Part shown: one piece after another, positions 14,515 through 22,894 of the stretch
Layout of the letters: the number at the start of each line of letters is the position of its first letter
Position numbering within the stretch: position 1 is the first letter of the stretch
Virus record (IMG/VR): IMGVR_UViG_3300021387_001226
Span: 1 to 29,065 of that record
Direction: 5' to 3' (one strand)
DNA from: a virus
Length of the DNA stretch: 29,065 nt
Program-made: the position numbers and the translations under genes
The notes under the pieces: generated by a model
Seen by the model: only the letters and a program-made list of their open reading frames with translations
Database searches by the model: none
Told to the model about the DNA's origin: nothing

Positions 14515-15510
14515 TTATACCTCTATTTTTCCACTCATCAAATCGGGTAACAGTGCATCTCTTAATTCTGCAAGATAAGTGTTTTCTTTTTCGTTTAAGT
14601 AATAAATATGTTGTTTCCACATATTTATTATCATAGCCAATATTGGAGAAAGACCGTTTTCTTTTTTGTTTTCAATTTTGAATTCAAGTTTATTTTTGCT
14701 TAAGCTTATATAATTTTCTTCTTTTATTTTTTCACCTGATATTTTTTCGTAAAAATCATTATTTGAATTAAGGGCAGATTCTTTTAACTCTATTGCTATA
14801 TCGTATAACCCTAAATTTTTTGCCAGTGTTTCGTTTATGGTTAACTTTAGAGCGTTTTTATCATCAATAACGCTATTCAGATCTTTTACTATATCCCCAT
14901 AAGTTCTATGAGGTGGCTCTTTATATTTAAATTCTATATATCGGGACGGTATCAGACTATATGCATTTGCCTTTATATCGCTTATTCCTACATTCTTAGA
15001 ATAACCGTCTTTATCGCTTTTTTCTTTTATGGCTTTTATTGCTTCGTCTATAGTTTCGTCCGTTAAAATATTAAATCTCTTTTGGTAGGTTCTCTTTTCG
15101 TGTGAACTTCCTCCGAATTGTCCTCTTTGCTCTCTTATTTCTTCGGTGCCTTTTTCTCTCAAATCAACAAAGGTAACTTTTTGCGTTTTCTTATGTTTAT
15201 CAAATAACATAATGCAAGTGCTTATATCGGTTGATACAAACATATTTCTCGGTAATAATATACAGCTTTCTATGTAGTTATTATCAACAAAATATTTTAT
15301 GCACTTTTTATCTTCGACATTTTGTGAATCAAGAACGGTACAAGGAAGTATAAACGCAGCTTTGTCCGCTTCTCGCAAAGCAGTCAGCACAAAAACAAAA
15401 TTTGCATTGCTTTTTGACGGTATCACATCTTGAAATCTTTCTTGAAGCATAGCAAACGGCGGTACATCCCATTTTAGATTATAAGGCGGATTGGAGACTA
15501 ACACTCGCAA
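14515..15510 (-). CDS. N6-adenine DNA methyltransferase, C-terminal part (motif IV NPPY onward) with HsdS-like terminal helix
   Basis: Begins RVLVSNPPYNLKW. The later NAYSLIPSRYI and terminal LAELRDALLPDLMSGKIEV resemble HsdM/HsdS conserved segments. The only possible start is TTG 15510, 5 nt after AGGGAG. Confidence 0.7.
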   Translation of the reverse strand: MRVLVSNPPYNLKWDVPPFAMLQERFQDVIPSKSNANFVFVLTALREADKAAFILPCTVLDSQNVEDKKCIKYFVDNNYIESCILLPRNMFVSTDISTCIMLFDKHKKTQKVTFVDLREKGTEEIREQRGQFGGSSHEKRTYQKRFNILTDETIDEAIKAIKEKSDKDGYSKNVGISDIKANAYSLIPSRYIEFKYKEPPHRTYGDIVKDLNSVIDDKNALKLTINETLAKNLGLYDIAIELKESALNSNNDFYEKISGEKIKEENYISLSKNKLEFKIENKKENGLSPILAMIINMWKQHIYYLNEKENTYLAELRDALLPDLMSGKIEV

Positions 15511-15982
15511 AATTTTCTCCCTTTCTTATGTTGTATATTACGGTTGTTTCATCGGCTATAATATCCTTTTGCTTAACTATAGCATTTACATTTCTAAGGC
15601 ACAAATTGAAAAGCAAATAAGGAATAACATTCTCGTCTATTTCTTCGAGTTCAAATTCTTTGTCGGGGTGCTCATTCCATAGTTGAATTGTTAATGCTCC
15701 GCTGCCTGCGCACATATCAATGTAAGTGTCCGCTTCCCCCAAAAGCTTAGAAAGAAATTTTCCTAAACAAGCCGGGGTGTAATCCTGCTTTTTCTCTTTT
15801 CTATCTGCCATGTAATATTGATATATCATCTGCAAATAGTCTTTGCTTAAATCCCCATCAATTAAGTCATAAAAAGCACTTAATTTGTCCGCTTCGCATT
15901 TTATAAGCTCTTTTCCAAGTTCGCCAATATCTTTAATATCAAAGAGTTCTTTTGTCCTATCTGTTAATTCCTTTAATTCCAT
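15479..15982 (-). CDS. N6-adenine DNA methyltransferase, N-terminal part (motif X and SAM-binding motif I)
   Basis: QDYTPACLGKFL (motif X-like) and YIDMCAGSGALT (motif I). Ends 32 nt inside the next ORF, in a different frame. Start taken at ATG 15982 (MELKELT). Confidence 0.7.
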   Translation of the reverse strand: MELKELTDRTKELFDIKDIGELGKELIKCEADKLSAFYDLIDGDLSKDYLQMIYQYYMADRKEKKQDYTPACLGKFLSKLLGEADTYIDMCAGSGALTIQLWNEHPDKEFELEEIDENVIPYLLFNLCLRNVNAIVKQKDIIADETTVIYNIRKGENFASVSLQSAL

Positions 15983-15989
15983 ATTTTTT

Positions 15990-16703
15990 TTACATTTCTC
16001 TCTCTTTTGCAATAGCAATCCTTTCCTCTCTGCCGGAAGCATCAGAAGCAACGGAAAGCTTTTCCTGTGTCTTTGCATCCTTCATATAGTTGCTTATTCG
16101 TTGCCTTTTCCCTTTGCTCGGGTAAAAGTCTATTGTACAAACACAACCCTCGTGTCTTGCATATATTCCCTTTGCTTTTGCTTCCTCGGGCGTGTAGGTT
16201 CCTGCAAGGCTTGCGCACCAACTGCAACAATTAGGTTCCGTTCTTCTTACAACCTTTGCATTAAATCCTGCTTTTGCCTGTTTTTCGGCATTTACCTGTA
16301 TAATATCGGTATTTACCGATTGCAAAAAGTTCTTGGAACCTGTTGAGAGTAAAGCAAGAGAGCCCACAGCAAGCAAACCCTTAAGCCGATTTTCGCTGTA
16401 TCTTGTTTTTGCGGCTTTCATGTTTATGTCCGCTCGCTTGTTCAAGCTCTCTTGTGCTAAATAGGTATAATATTTTATTTCTTTTGCCGATGTTCTTTCA
16501 AGCTCTTTTATTTCCTTGTATTCTTCATCTGAAAGAGCAAAGTCTTCATCATCGTTTTTGTATTCCTGTATCAGTTTTCTTACAAGCTCCCCGATCAATT
16601 CGGCATAACGGTTACTGTCGCTATGGTTGGGGTTTTGCTTGTTTTTTAAGGCTTGTAATTCTTCACTCTTTTCATACTCTTCCCAAAACCTTTCAACAAG
16701 CAT
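15990..16703 (-). CDS. Minor head / head morphogenesis protein (MuF / SPP1 gp7-like)
   Basis: Directly after the portal gene. The C-terminal CCSWCASLAG...HEGCVCT pattern is typical of this family. Confidence 0.7.
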   Translation of the reverse strand: MLVERFWEEYEKSEELQALKNKQNPNHSDSNRYAELIGELVRKLIQEYKNDDEDFALSDEEYKEIKELERTSAKEIKYYTYLAQESLNKRADINMKAAKTRYSENRLKGLLAVGSLALLSTGSKNFLQSVNTDIIQVNAEKQAKAGFNAKVVRRTEPNCCSWCASLAGTYTPEEAKAKGIYARHEGCVCTIDFYPSKGKRQRISNYMKDAKTQEKLSVASDASGREERIAIAKEREM

Positions 16704-16707
16704 GTAA

Positions 16708-17916
16708 TCACCTGCCTAAGAAAGTGTTTAAGCTCTCTTCCGTAAAGTATTCGGGAATCGCTTGATTTATCTTGTTGATTGCATCGCCCATTCCGCTCAT
16801 GTCGCTCGGCGTTACTTCAAAAATAGGGCGCCATATTGCTTTGTAATCCGAAAACACATCTCTTGAGTATGCGTAATCATCTCTTAACGCTGCCGCCGTG
16901 TATGCTACATTAAGGAAAGACGATGTAAATGTGCGTTGTGCTTTGGTTGCCATGAGCCTTAAATTTTCATGTCCTGCCTTAATTGCCTCGGCACTCGAAG
17001 GGTTATCGGTAGAAAAGCCCAAATCGTCAAGTGTCAATCCACATTCCCCTGCAAACATGGAAGCTATACTTTTCAGTTGGTCGATATAGGGTGCCATTGT
17101 CTGCTGTTGAAACTGTCCTATCGCAGGCTTGTCGCCGTCTTCGTCTTTGGTTATCTGTAAGAATGTTGACATGTACATTCGGAATGTATCCTCGGTCGCA
17201 TTATCTTCCGAGAGTCCCAACAAATACTTTTGAGGGTATGAATAAAACTCTCCCGAAACGTCAGCTCTGAGCATTGTTCTTTTTGCGGTGTCCTGTAGGT
17301 ACATGCAGCTTCGACTTATTCTTGAATGCCCAAACGGTCTTTTGGCATCCGGCTTGTATATTATAGGGACTAACTGATTTGCTACGGTTTTATCTGTCCA
17401 TTCTTTATTGTTTTCAATGTCAAAGTAAACTGTTTCCGTTGACGTGAAGTATGCTTCAAGTGCGGGAGCTCCTTTGGAGTCTCTTTTCAACACCGCATAT
17501 CCTTCGTCAAGCAAATTGGTTATGGGGTTAATGTTGCCCGTGGCGTTTGAGCCGTCTATCACCTGTAGTGAAATGTTATCTCCTTGCTTTGAGATGTAAG
17601 CAAAGCAGCAAGCAGAGATCAGCGCCGATAAAATAGCGCTGTCGAAAAATATATCGGGGTTGTTGCGTTTAAAAATATCATTTACCGCAAAAACGTCTCC
17701 TTGCTCATCTTCCAAGCGTTCAAAGCTCAATCTATCGGCAAGGCTGTCCACCGCTTTCGTACACCAACCGCTTACAGCTTGAAACTGTATTTGTAAACTT
17801 GTCGGGACGGCGTTTATCGAATACCAACGGTCATCTTTCTGCTCGTAATAAGTATATCTTGTTTTAACCCTGTTTCGCTTTATAGCCAGTTTCTTTTTAA
17901 GCGTATCTATTGGCAT
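16708..17916 (-). CDS. Portal protein
   Basis: 402 aa, with a GGGGTGA SD, followed by the MuF-like gene. Size and position fit an SPP1 gp6-type portal. Confidence 0.75.
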   Translation of the reverse strand: MPIDTLKKKLAIKRNRVKTRYTYYEQKDDRWYSINAVPTSLQIQFQAVSGWCTKAVDSLADRLSFERLEDEQGDVFAVNDIFKRNNPDIFFDSAILSALISACCFAYISKQGDNISLQVIDGSNATGNINPITNLLDEGYAVLKRDSKGAPALEAYFTSTETVYFDIENNKEWTDKTVANQLVPIIYKPDAKRPFGHSRISRSCMYLQDTAKRTMLRADVSGEFYSYPQKYLLGLSEDNATEDTFRMYMSTFLQITKDEDGDKPAIGQFQQQTMAPYIDQLKSIASMFAGECGLTLDDLGFSTDNPSSAEAIKAGHENLRLMATKAQRTFTSSFLNVAYTAAALRDDYAYSRDVFSDYKAIWRPIFEVTPSDMSGMGDAINKINQAIPEYFTEESLNTFLGR

Positions 17917-17920
17917 TGTT

Positions 17921-18301
17921 TCACCCCTTTTCGGGCATCGCCCACTCGGTTCCGTACTTGTCTGTTATCTGCTTAAAGTCTTCGTAATCGTGGGGAACTA
18001 TTTTTGAGTTTTCCCCCACATGCAGCAGTTCATGTTCCAGTAAAATTTCATACTGCTTTTGAGTAAAATGTTCGCAATTAGGTGTGTAAATCACTATATA
18101 GAAATTTGCATCAATGAAAGTTTTATCTATTTCCTTGACCTTTATACACTGCCCGAAAACTGTTTTTTTGCCGTTTCTTTTTGCTTTATCGCAAAGGAGA
18201 TATTTAATTTTTATATCTTTCTCTTTTATCCACCTAAGCTCCGGCACCTCAGATATAACCTTTTCGGCAAGCCCTGTTATTTCCTTGCTTTCCGTGTACA
18301 T
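17921..18301 (-). CDS. Putative phage metallopeptidase (HExxH)
   Basis: LLEHELLHV followed by HDYEDF. ATG 18301 overlaps the endolysin stop (TGATG). Confidence 0.6.
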   Translation of the reverse strand: MYTESKEITGLAEKVISEVPELRWIKEKDIKIKYLLCDKAKRNGKKTVFGQCIKVKEIDKTFIDANFYIVIYTPNCEHFTQKQYEILLEHELLHVGENSKIVPHDYEDFKQITDKYGTEWAMPEKG

Positions 18302-19182
18302 CAATCAAACAATCCTTTCCTGTCAAGGGAAACATATACTCTCAGCGTGTCATAGGTAAGAGAAAGTCCTTTATCGTCACCCACGATGTAACCTTTTGCG
18401 ACAAGCTTTTGAACCGTTTCTCTTCCCCATTCGGGAACCTCGTCAAGGTTGCTGTATTTCTTGGGAGCAAGAGCCTGTACGACTGTATCTATTTTCCTGT
18501 CAACCATAGCCATAAGCTCATCATTCTGTAATTTGTTGTATTTATATATCATATTGTTACAAATCTTTTCCACTTCTGCCGTTGTCATATCATCACCCCA
18601 TTCATAACAAATGTTCACATCAACATCGCCGTCTATGCCTTTTACTCTGCCCTTGCTTGTGTATTGCCAAATGACCTCACCCTTGTTTGGCTTGTAGTCA
18701 GCCCACACCGTACCGTCATTGCCACCGTAGGCAGCAAGCCAGAGTGGATAACCATTCACCCCTCGTAAATAGCTGTAGTAATAGTTAAAACCTGTATAAA
18801 TTCCAACTTCGTAGCCGTGAGCATTCATAATGTTGGTAAAGTCCTTTAAAACATCTTTTGCGTATCGTCCTAAATATTCTTCCTCAAGGTCAAGCCAAAC
18901 AGGACCCGTAATTTTTCCCTCGCATCTTTCTATTTGACTTATGGCGTGATACGCTTCCGAAACTGCTTCCTGTGTGGTCTGTGCGTAAGAGTATATATAC
19001 GCTCCTACCTTTAATCCTGCCTTGTAGGCATTTTGGACATTTCGCACAAAGGTATAATCGTTTTGGCTCTCAAAATTACAGCCGTAACCTAATTGGCAAA
19101 TTACACCTGTAATCCCGTCTTTTTTTACGGCTTTAAAATCTATATCTCCGTTGTGCTTACTTACATCAATTATCTTTTCCAT
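18301..19182 (-). CDS. Endolysin: GH25 muramidase with SLH-like C-terminal domain
   Basis: IDVSKHNGDIDFKAVKKDGITGVI and WQYTSKGRVKGIDGDVDVN are GH25 hallmarks. The C-terminal EVPEWGRETVQKLVAKGYIVGDDKGLSLTYDTLRV resembles an S-layer-homology motif. Confidence 0.85.
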   Translation of the reverse strand: MEKIIDVSKHNGDIDFKAVKKDGITGVICQLGYGCNFESQNDYTFVRNVQNAYKAGLKVGAYIYSYAQTTQEAVSEAYHAISQIERCEGKITGPVWLDLEEEYLGRYAKDVLKDFTNIMNAHGYEVGIYTGFNYYYSYLRGVNGYPLWLAAYGGNDGTVWADYKPNKGEVIWQYTSKGRVKGIDGDVDVNICYEWGDDMTTAEVEKICNNMIYKYNKLQNDELMAMVDRKIDTVVQALAPKKYSNLDEVPEWGRETVQKLVAKGYIVGDDKGLSLTYDTLRVYVSLDRKGLFD

Positions 19183-19390
19183 CTTGCTTCACCTCTGGAA
19201 GTCCTGCTAAACTCGTCAGCATCGATAAAATGCCCGAAAGCACGGCGGTAGAAAGTACGGTTTTCCAATCCACGGCAGACATAAGAGCAGTGGTACCTAT
19301 CATCGCCACGGCGGTCTGTGCCATTGTTTTAATCGCCCTTATCAAAGCGGCTTCAAACCACCGCTCGAAATATACATTTAACTTATCCAT
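19166..19390 (-). CDS. Holin
   Basis: 74 aa with two hydrophobic helices (AQTAVAMIGTTALMSAV, LSTAVLSGILSMLTSLAGL). Immediately upstream of the endolysin. Confidence 0.75.
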   Translation of the reverse strand: MDKLNVYFERWFEAALIRAIKTMAQTAVAMIGTTALMSAVDWKTVLSTAVLSGILSMLTSLAGLPEVKQDGKDN

Positions 19391-19622
19391 TTTTTTCTAA
19401 GTCCTCAATTCTATGATTTGCAACCGATATCTTTTCGTTTATCAGCTCAACGTCTTGCTCTACCTTGTACATTCGGTCAATCAAATTGTTGTGTGCCTGT
19501 ACCCTTTTTTCAAGCTGTTCTAACCGATACACGACAAGCTTGTTGTTGAGTACCAAGCCCACAAAAGCCCCGACGCCCGAACCTATTAGTCCGACAAGAG
19601 CGGATATGATAGCGGCGGTCAT
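19383..19622 (-). CDS. XhlA-like membrane protein (lysis accessory)
   Basis: N-terminal TM segment AAIISALVGLIGSGVGAFVGLVL, then a coiled coil RLEQLEKRV...HRIEDLEK, as in XhlA-family proteins. Confidence 0.65.
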   Translation of the reverse strand: MTAAIISALVGLIGSGVGAFVGLVLNNKLVVYRLEQLEKRVQAHNNLIDRMYKVEQDVELINEKISVANHRIEDLEKNG

Positions 19623-21286
19623 ACGGTATCACCGCCCTCTTTTTCAAGCGTATCGGGTTCTGTTACGTCTATCGGCTTGTATATAACCTCTTCCGCATCA
19701 GGGTCTTTTACCCAAATTTCACTTTCAATCGGCTCTGCCTCGGTATCTTCTTCAACGGGCTCTTCCTCTACCTCGTCCGCTTCGTCAACGCTTTCAACCT
19801 CATCAACAGGCAATTTCTCGGCTTCTTCGCTCTCTCCGTCAGTTGATACAGCCGTACTCCTGCCAAGCGACAACGGACTAACGCTCAAAGCACTTGCCTG
19901 TGCGCTTGCCTCGTCAATCAGCTTTTGGATATAGCTTTGCAAATCAACCGTGTACTCAATCTCGCTCGTTCCGCTATCTGTCCAAATGTTGTTTTCGCCT
20001 TTAAGCAGCGTGATTATTTCGGGTGTGAGGGGGATTTCAATGGGTGTGGCGAGTTCGTAGACAACCTGTGCACCAATTGACGGAGTTGTCCCCTCAATAT
20101 ATACATCTCTATCGCTTATCCACACACTCGGCAAAGTTTCGCCGTTGTAACTTGCAATGTTTGCTTCCGTCACCCTCAACACACCATTTACCCAATCAAC
20201 CTCTCCGCCGTATACTGTGTTGGTGTAGGGTTCATAGGTGGTTGCGGTGGTGCCGAGTTCGAGTTGGAATTTTATAGAAATGTTGTTTGTGTTATTTTTA
20301 AATCTCAAATATGCAACATCGTCCGTAAAATAAAATGTGCAGGAAGATATTCCTTTTGTCATTGGTTGGGCTTTCGAGGAGCCAGATACCAAAATGAATT
20401 GTGAAGCATCACCACTTCCTATATAGTTTTTGTTTTTATCGTATAGTCTAAAATTAACATAAGACTCCGAATTATCTCGGCTTAATGTGTACATTTCATT
20501 TAAATTTACGGGTATATAATTTTTTGTTCTGACCGTATAATTATTATTGACATTTGAACCATCAGAAGAACTAATATCACCAAATTCAAGCTCTCCATCA
20601 AACAAATTCTTCCCCAATACAGGGAATGTCACGGGGTGGGTTTCGCCTTGATAGGGCTCGTAGGTGGTTGCGGTGGCGCCGAGTTCGAGTTGTGCAGAAC
20701 CGCTCAAATCGCCAGGCGATGTGCCATCATCGGAAGTCCAACGCCACATCAAATAGTAGGCATTTTCTGGTGCCGTAACTGTATAGGCATTAGTTAAATA
20801 GCTCAGTGGGTTCTGATTTCTGTCAAGCCATCTGTATCTCATCAACGTGGCTATCCCATTAACAGAAAAAGTATAAGATTTTCCTGGGATTACCGGAAAG
20901 GCCAGATTTCCAGGAAGATAATTGGATTTCCATTGACCATAATATTCGTTGGTTAACGCTGTCGTAACCCACGCGCCGTTCCATAAATTCTTCCCCGCAC
21001 GCTTCAACTCCACACCCGTATGCCCGCTTATCGGTCTCACATTTTCAGGACTTGGGTCTCCGCTTCCTTCCTGTACAGGTTCAAGGGTCGTAACACAACT
21101 CACAGCATGGCAAGCCGCCGCATCTGTTATATGGATAGGATTGCCGTTTGCTGTCTCTGTTGGGATTGCATCAATAATAGCTTCGCCCATTTCAGACGGG
21201 AGATATGCTCCCTCGGTGCCGTTTAACACGTTTATAGCAGAGCCTATACTGTTTAAACTGCTTTCATTTACTAAACCTTTAGCCAT
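19619..21286 (-). CDS. Tail-fibre / carbohydrate-binding-like protein with two tandem modules and an acidic C-terminal tail
   Basis: Start taken at ATG 21286 (MAKGLVNESS), overlapping the upstream stop. Two modules each begin GKNL(W/F) and end (Q)LELG(A/T)TATTYEPY. The last ~70 aa are very Asp/Glu-rich. Confidence 0.7.
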   Translation of the reverse strand: MAKGLVNESSLNSIGSAINVLNGTEGAYLPSEMGEAIIDAIPTETANGNPIHITDAAACHAVSCVTTLEPVQEGSGDPSPENVRPISGHTGVELKRAGKNLWNGAWVTTALTNEYYGQWKSNYLPGNLAFPVIPGKSYTFSVNGIATLMRYRWLDRNQNPLSYLTNAYTVTAPENAYYLMWRWTSDDGTSPGDLSGSAQLELGATATTYEPYQGETHPVTFPVLGKNLFDGELEFGDISSSDGSNVNNNYTVRTKNYIPVNLNEMYTLSRDNSESYVNFRLYDKNKNYIGSGDASQFILVSGSSKAQPMTKGISSCTFYFTDDVAYLRFKNNTNNISIKFQLELGTTATTYEPYTNTVYGGEVDWVNGVLRVTEANIASYNGETLPSVWISDRDVYIEGTTPSIGAQVVYELATPIEIPLTPEIITLLKGENNIWTDSGTSEIEYTVDLQSYIQKLIDEASAQASALSVSPLSLGRSTAVSTDGESEEAEKLPVDEVESVDEADEVEEEPVEEDTEAEPIESEIWVKDPDAEEVIYKPIDVTEPDTLEKEGGDTV

Positions 21287-21467
21287 TCGGGAACACCTCG
21301 CTTTCGTAGTCTGTGATAGCCGCAATAGCATCATCTACGTACTGTTTTGTAGCATAATTTTCAAATCTTTGGTTTATCCCATTTAGAAGATTGACAATGT
21401 TGTAAATTTGTCCGTCTTCTCCTATAAATCTGCCGGTGTGGGGTGTCATTTTATCTATATCAGCCAT
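21279..21467 (-). CDS. 62-aa protein carrying the shared N-terminal module plus a fibre-like ATKQYVDDAI motif
   Basis: GGAGGTATAAAAA SD. MADIDKMTPHTGRFIGEDGQIYNIV matches the N-terminus of the 13767..14459 protein. The stop overlaps the ATG of the fibre gene. Confidence 0.7.
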   Translation of the reverse strand: MADIDKMTPHTGRFIGEDGQIYNIVNLLNGINQRFENYATKQYVDDAIAAITDYESEVFPNG

Positions 21468-21480
21468 TTTTTATACCTCC

Positions 21481-22890
21481 TCAACAAATTATTTTCTGCT
21501 TTTTCTTTTCTCTGGCAACAGATGCCTGCCATGCTGCAAGCACAACGCTTTCCACCAAACTTATATCCACTCCCGTAATCAGTGAGTTGTAGCCGAAACC
21601 TCCGCCTTTCCCTATAGGCCTGTGTTCACAGTTGGTAATTGCTTTTGCAAGGGACGGTTGTCCGCAATGTGTGATTTGCTCTGCAAAAACTGCCTGTTCA
21701 AAAATAGAGTTTGCCGTTACCACTTCCGAGTATGTTACGTTAAAAAATCCCTTTATCTTGTTGTCCTTGCAAATCTCATCAAGTTGAGCTCCGATAGAGC
21801 CGTCACATGCTATCGCTTTTACTTTCGGATTTTTAAAATACGGCAAGAGCCAAGCTAAACCTTGTCTTTGTGGTCTGCAATCTATCACTTCACAAAAAAC
21901 TTTTCCGTCTTTTGTTTTAGCAGCTATCGACAGTGATATATTGCCGGTATCCTTGCCGAGTTTTACACCTAAGTATCTTTCGCTCTCCAACGGCGGAACC
22001 GATTCAGCACGAAGCTTATCCCAATCTCTTTGCGTAAATACTCCCTTTACGTTGTAGTTAAGCCACAATCCGAGCCTTTGTTGATTAAAGTCGAGCTCGT
22101 TTTTTCCGAGTTCGTCTTCAACACTTCTTTCGGTAAGAAGATAACCTAAAGAGGGATTGGTCTCATACCATAAATCTTTGTTTTCCGTGTCTTCCTGTTC
22201 TGTTACTCCCCATTCATACCACATAGAATTTCTGTTTTTGCCTTCTATCACTCTTCTACGGTACGCTCCGAAAACGGTACCACGGCTTACCTGTGTGTCA
22301 GGTGTCCCGATCATTATCGTTTGCGGATTGTGGGAAGATGTAACGGTATACTTCAATGTGGTTTCTTGGTCGTCCGTGTACTCTTGTGCTTCGTCAATAA
22401 CAAGCAAATCGTAACCACGGCCTAATCCGCCCGTTGCCGTTCTGGTACGAAAATTTATTTCGCCCTTAGTGCCGTTTATCTGTATTCTTTCGGCTCCTCG
22501 CTGTCGGGATAGTTTAAAATCGTCTTTTTCCTTAAAGCCAAGCTCCGTCAACAAATTGACCATATTTTCAAAAGAACCGTGAGCAGTATCTACCAAATGA
22601 GCAGTGTGCAATATACTTTCCTCAAGAGCTATCGCCCCATATAATTCTCTTGCAGTAACCGCTTCCGTTTTCCCGTTCCTTCGTGGGACCGATCCGCCGA
22701 CTTTGGTATGCACCCACAACCCTTCGTCATTTATAGCAAGGTAATCGTATAAAATTCTTTCCTGCCACGGTAGAAGGCGCCTGCTTGTCTTGTTATAAAG
22801 GTTTACCGCTTCGCAACCTAAAGTCTTTTTATAGTCGAGTATTCTTTCAAGTGTCGGTTCTTGCCTGCCTTTCTTTGCTTCTGCCTCCAT
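21481..22890 (-). CDS. terL: Terminase large subunit
   Basis: Walker A-like PRRNGKTE and Walker B LLVIDEAQEY. 469 aa, downstream of the HNH gene. Confidence 0.9.
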   Translation of the reverse strand: MEAEAKKGRQEPTLERILDYKKTLGCEAVNLYNKTSRRLLPWQERILYDYLAINDEGLWVHTKVGGSVPRRNGKTEAVTARELYGAIALEESILHTAHLVDTAHGSFENMVNLLTELGFKEKDDFKLSRQRGAERIQINGTKGEINFRTRTATGGLGRGYDLLVIDEAQEYTDDQETTLKYTVTSSHNPQTIMIGTPDTQVSRGTVFGAYRRRVIEGKNRNSMWYEWGVTEQEDTENKDLWYETNPSLGYLLTERSVEDELGKNELDFNQQRLGLWLNYNVKGVFTQRDWDKLRAESVPPLESERYLGVKLGKDTGNISLSIAAKTKDGKVFCEVIDCRPQRQGLAWLLPYFKNPKVKAIACDGSIGAQLDEICKDNKIKGFFNVTYSEVVTANSIFEQAVFAEQITHCGQPSLAKAITNCEHRPIGKGGGFGYNSLITGVDISLVESVVLAAWQASVAREKKKQKIIC

Positions 22891-22894
22891 CCGA

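Noticed and set aside
20235-20692. Near-identical 32-nt repeat in the fibre gene, considered as a DGR template/variable repeat pair
   Set aside because: There is no reverse transcriptase anywhere in the genome. The single mismatch is not adenine-specific, and both copies are in-frame ends of duplicated protein modules.
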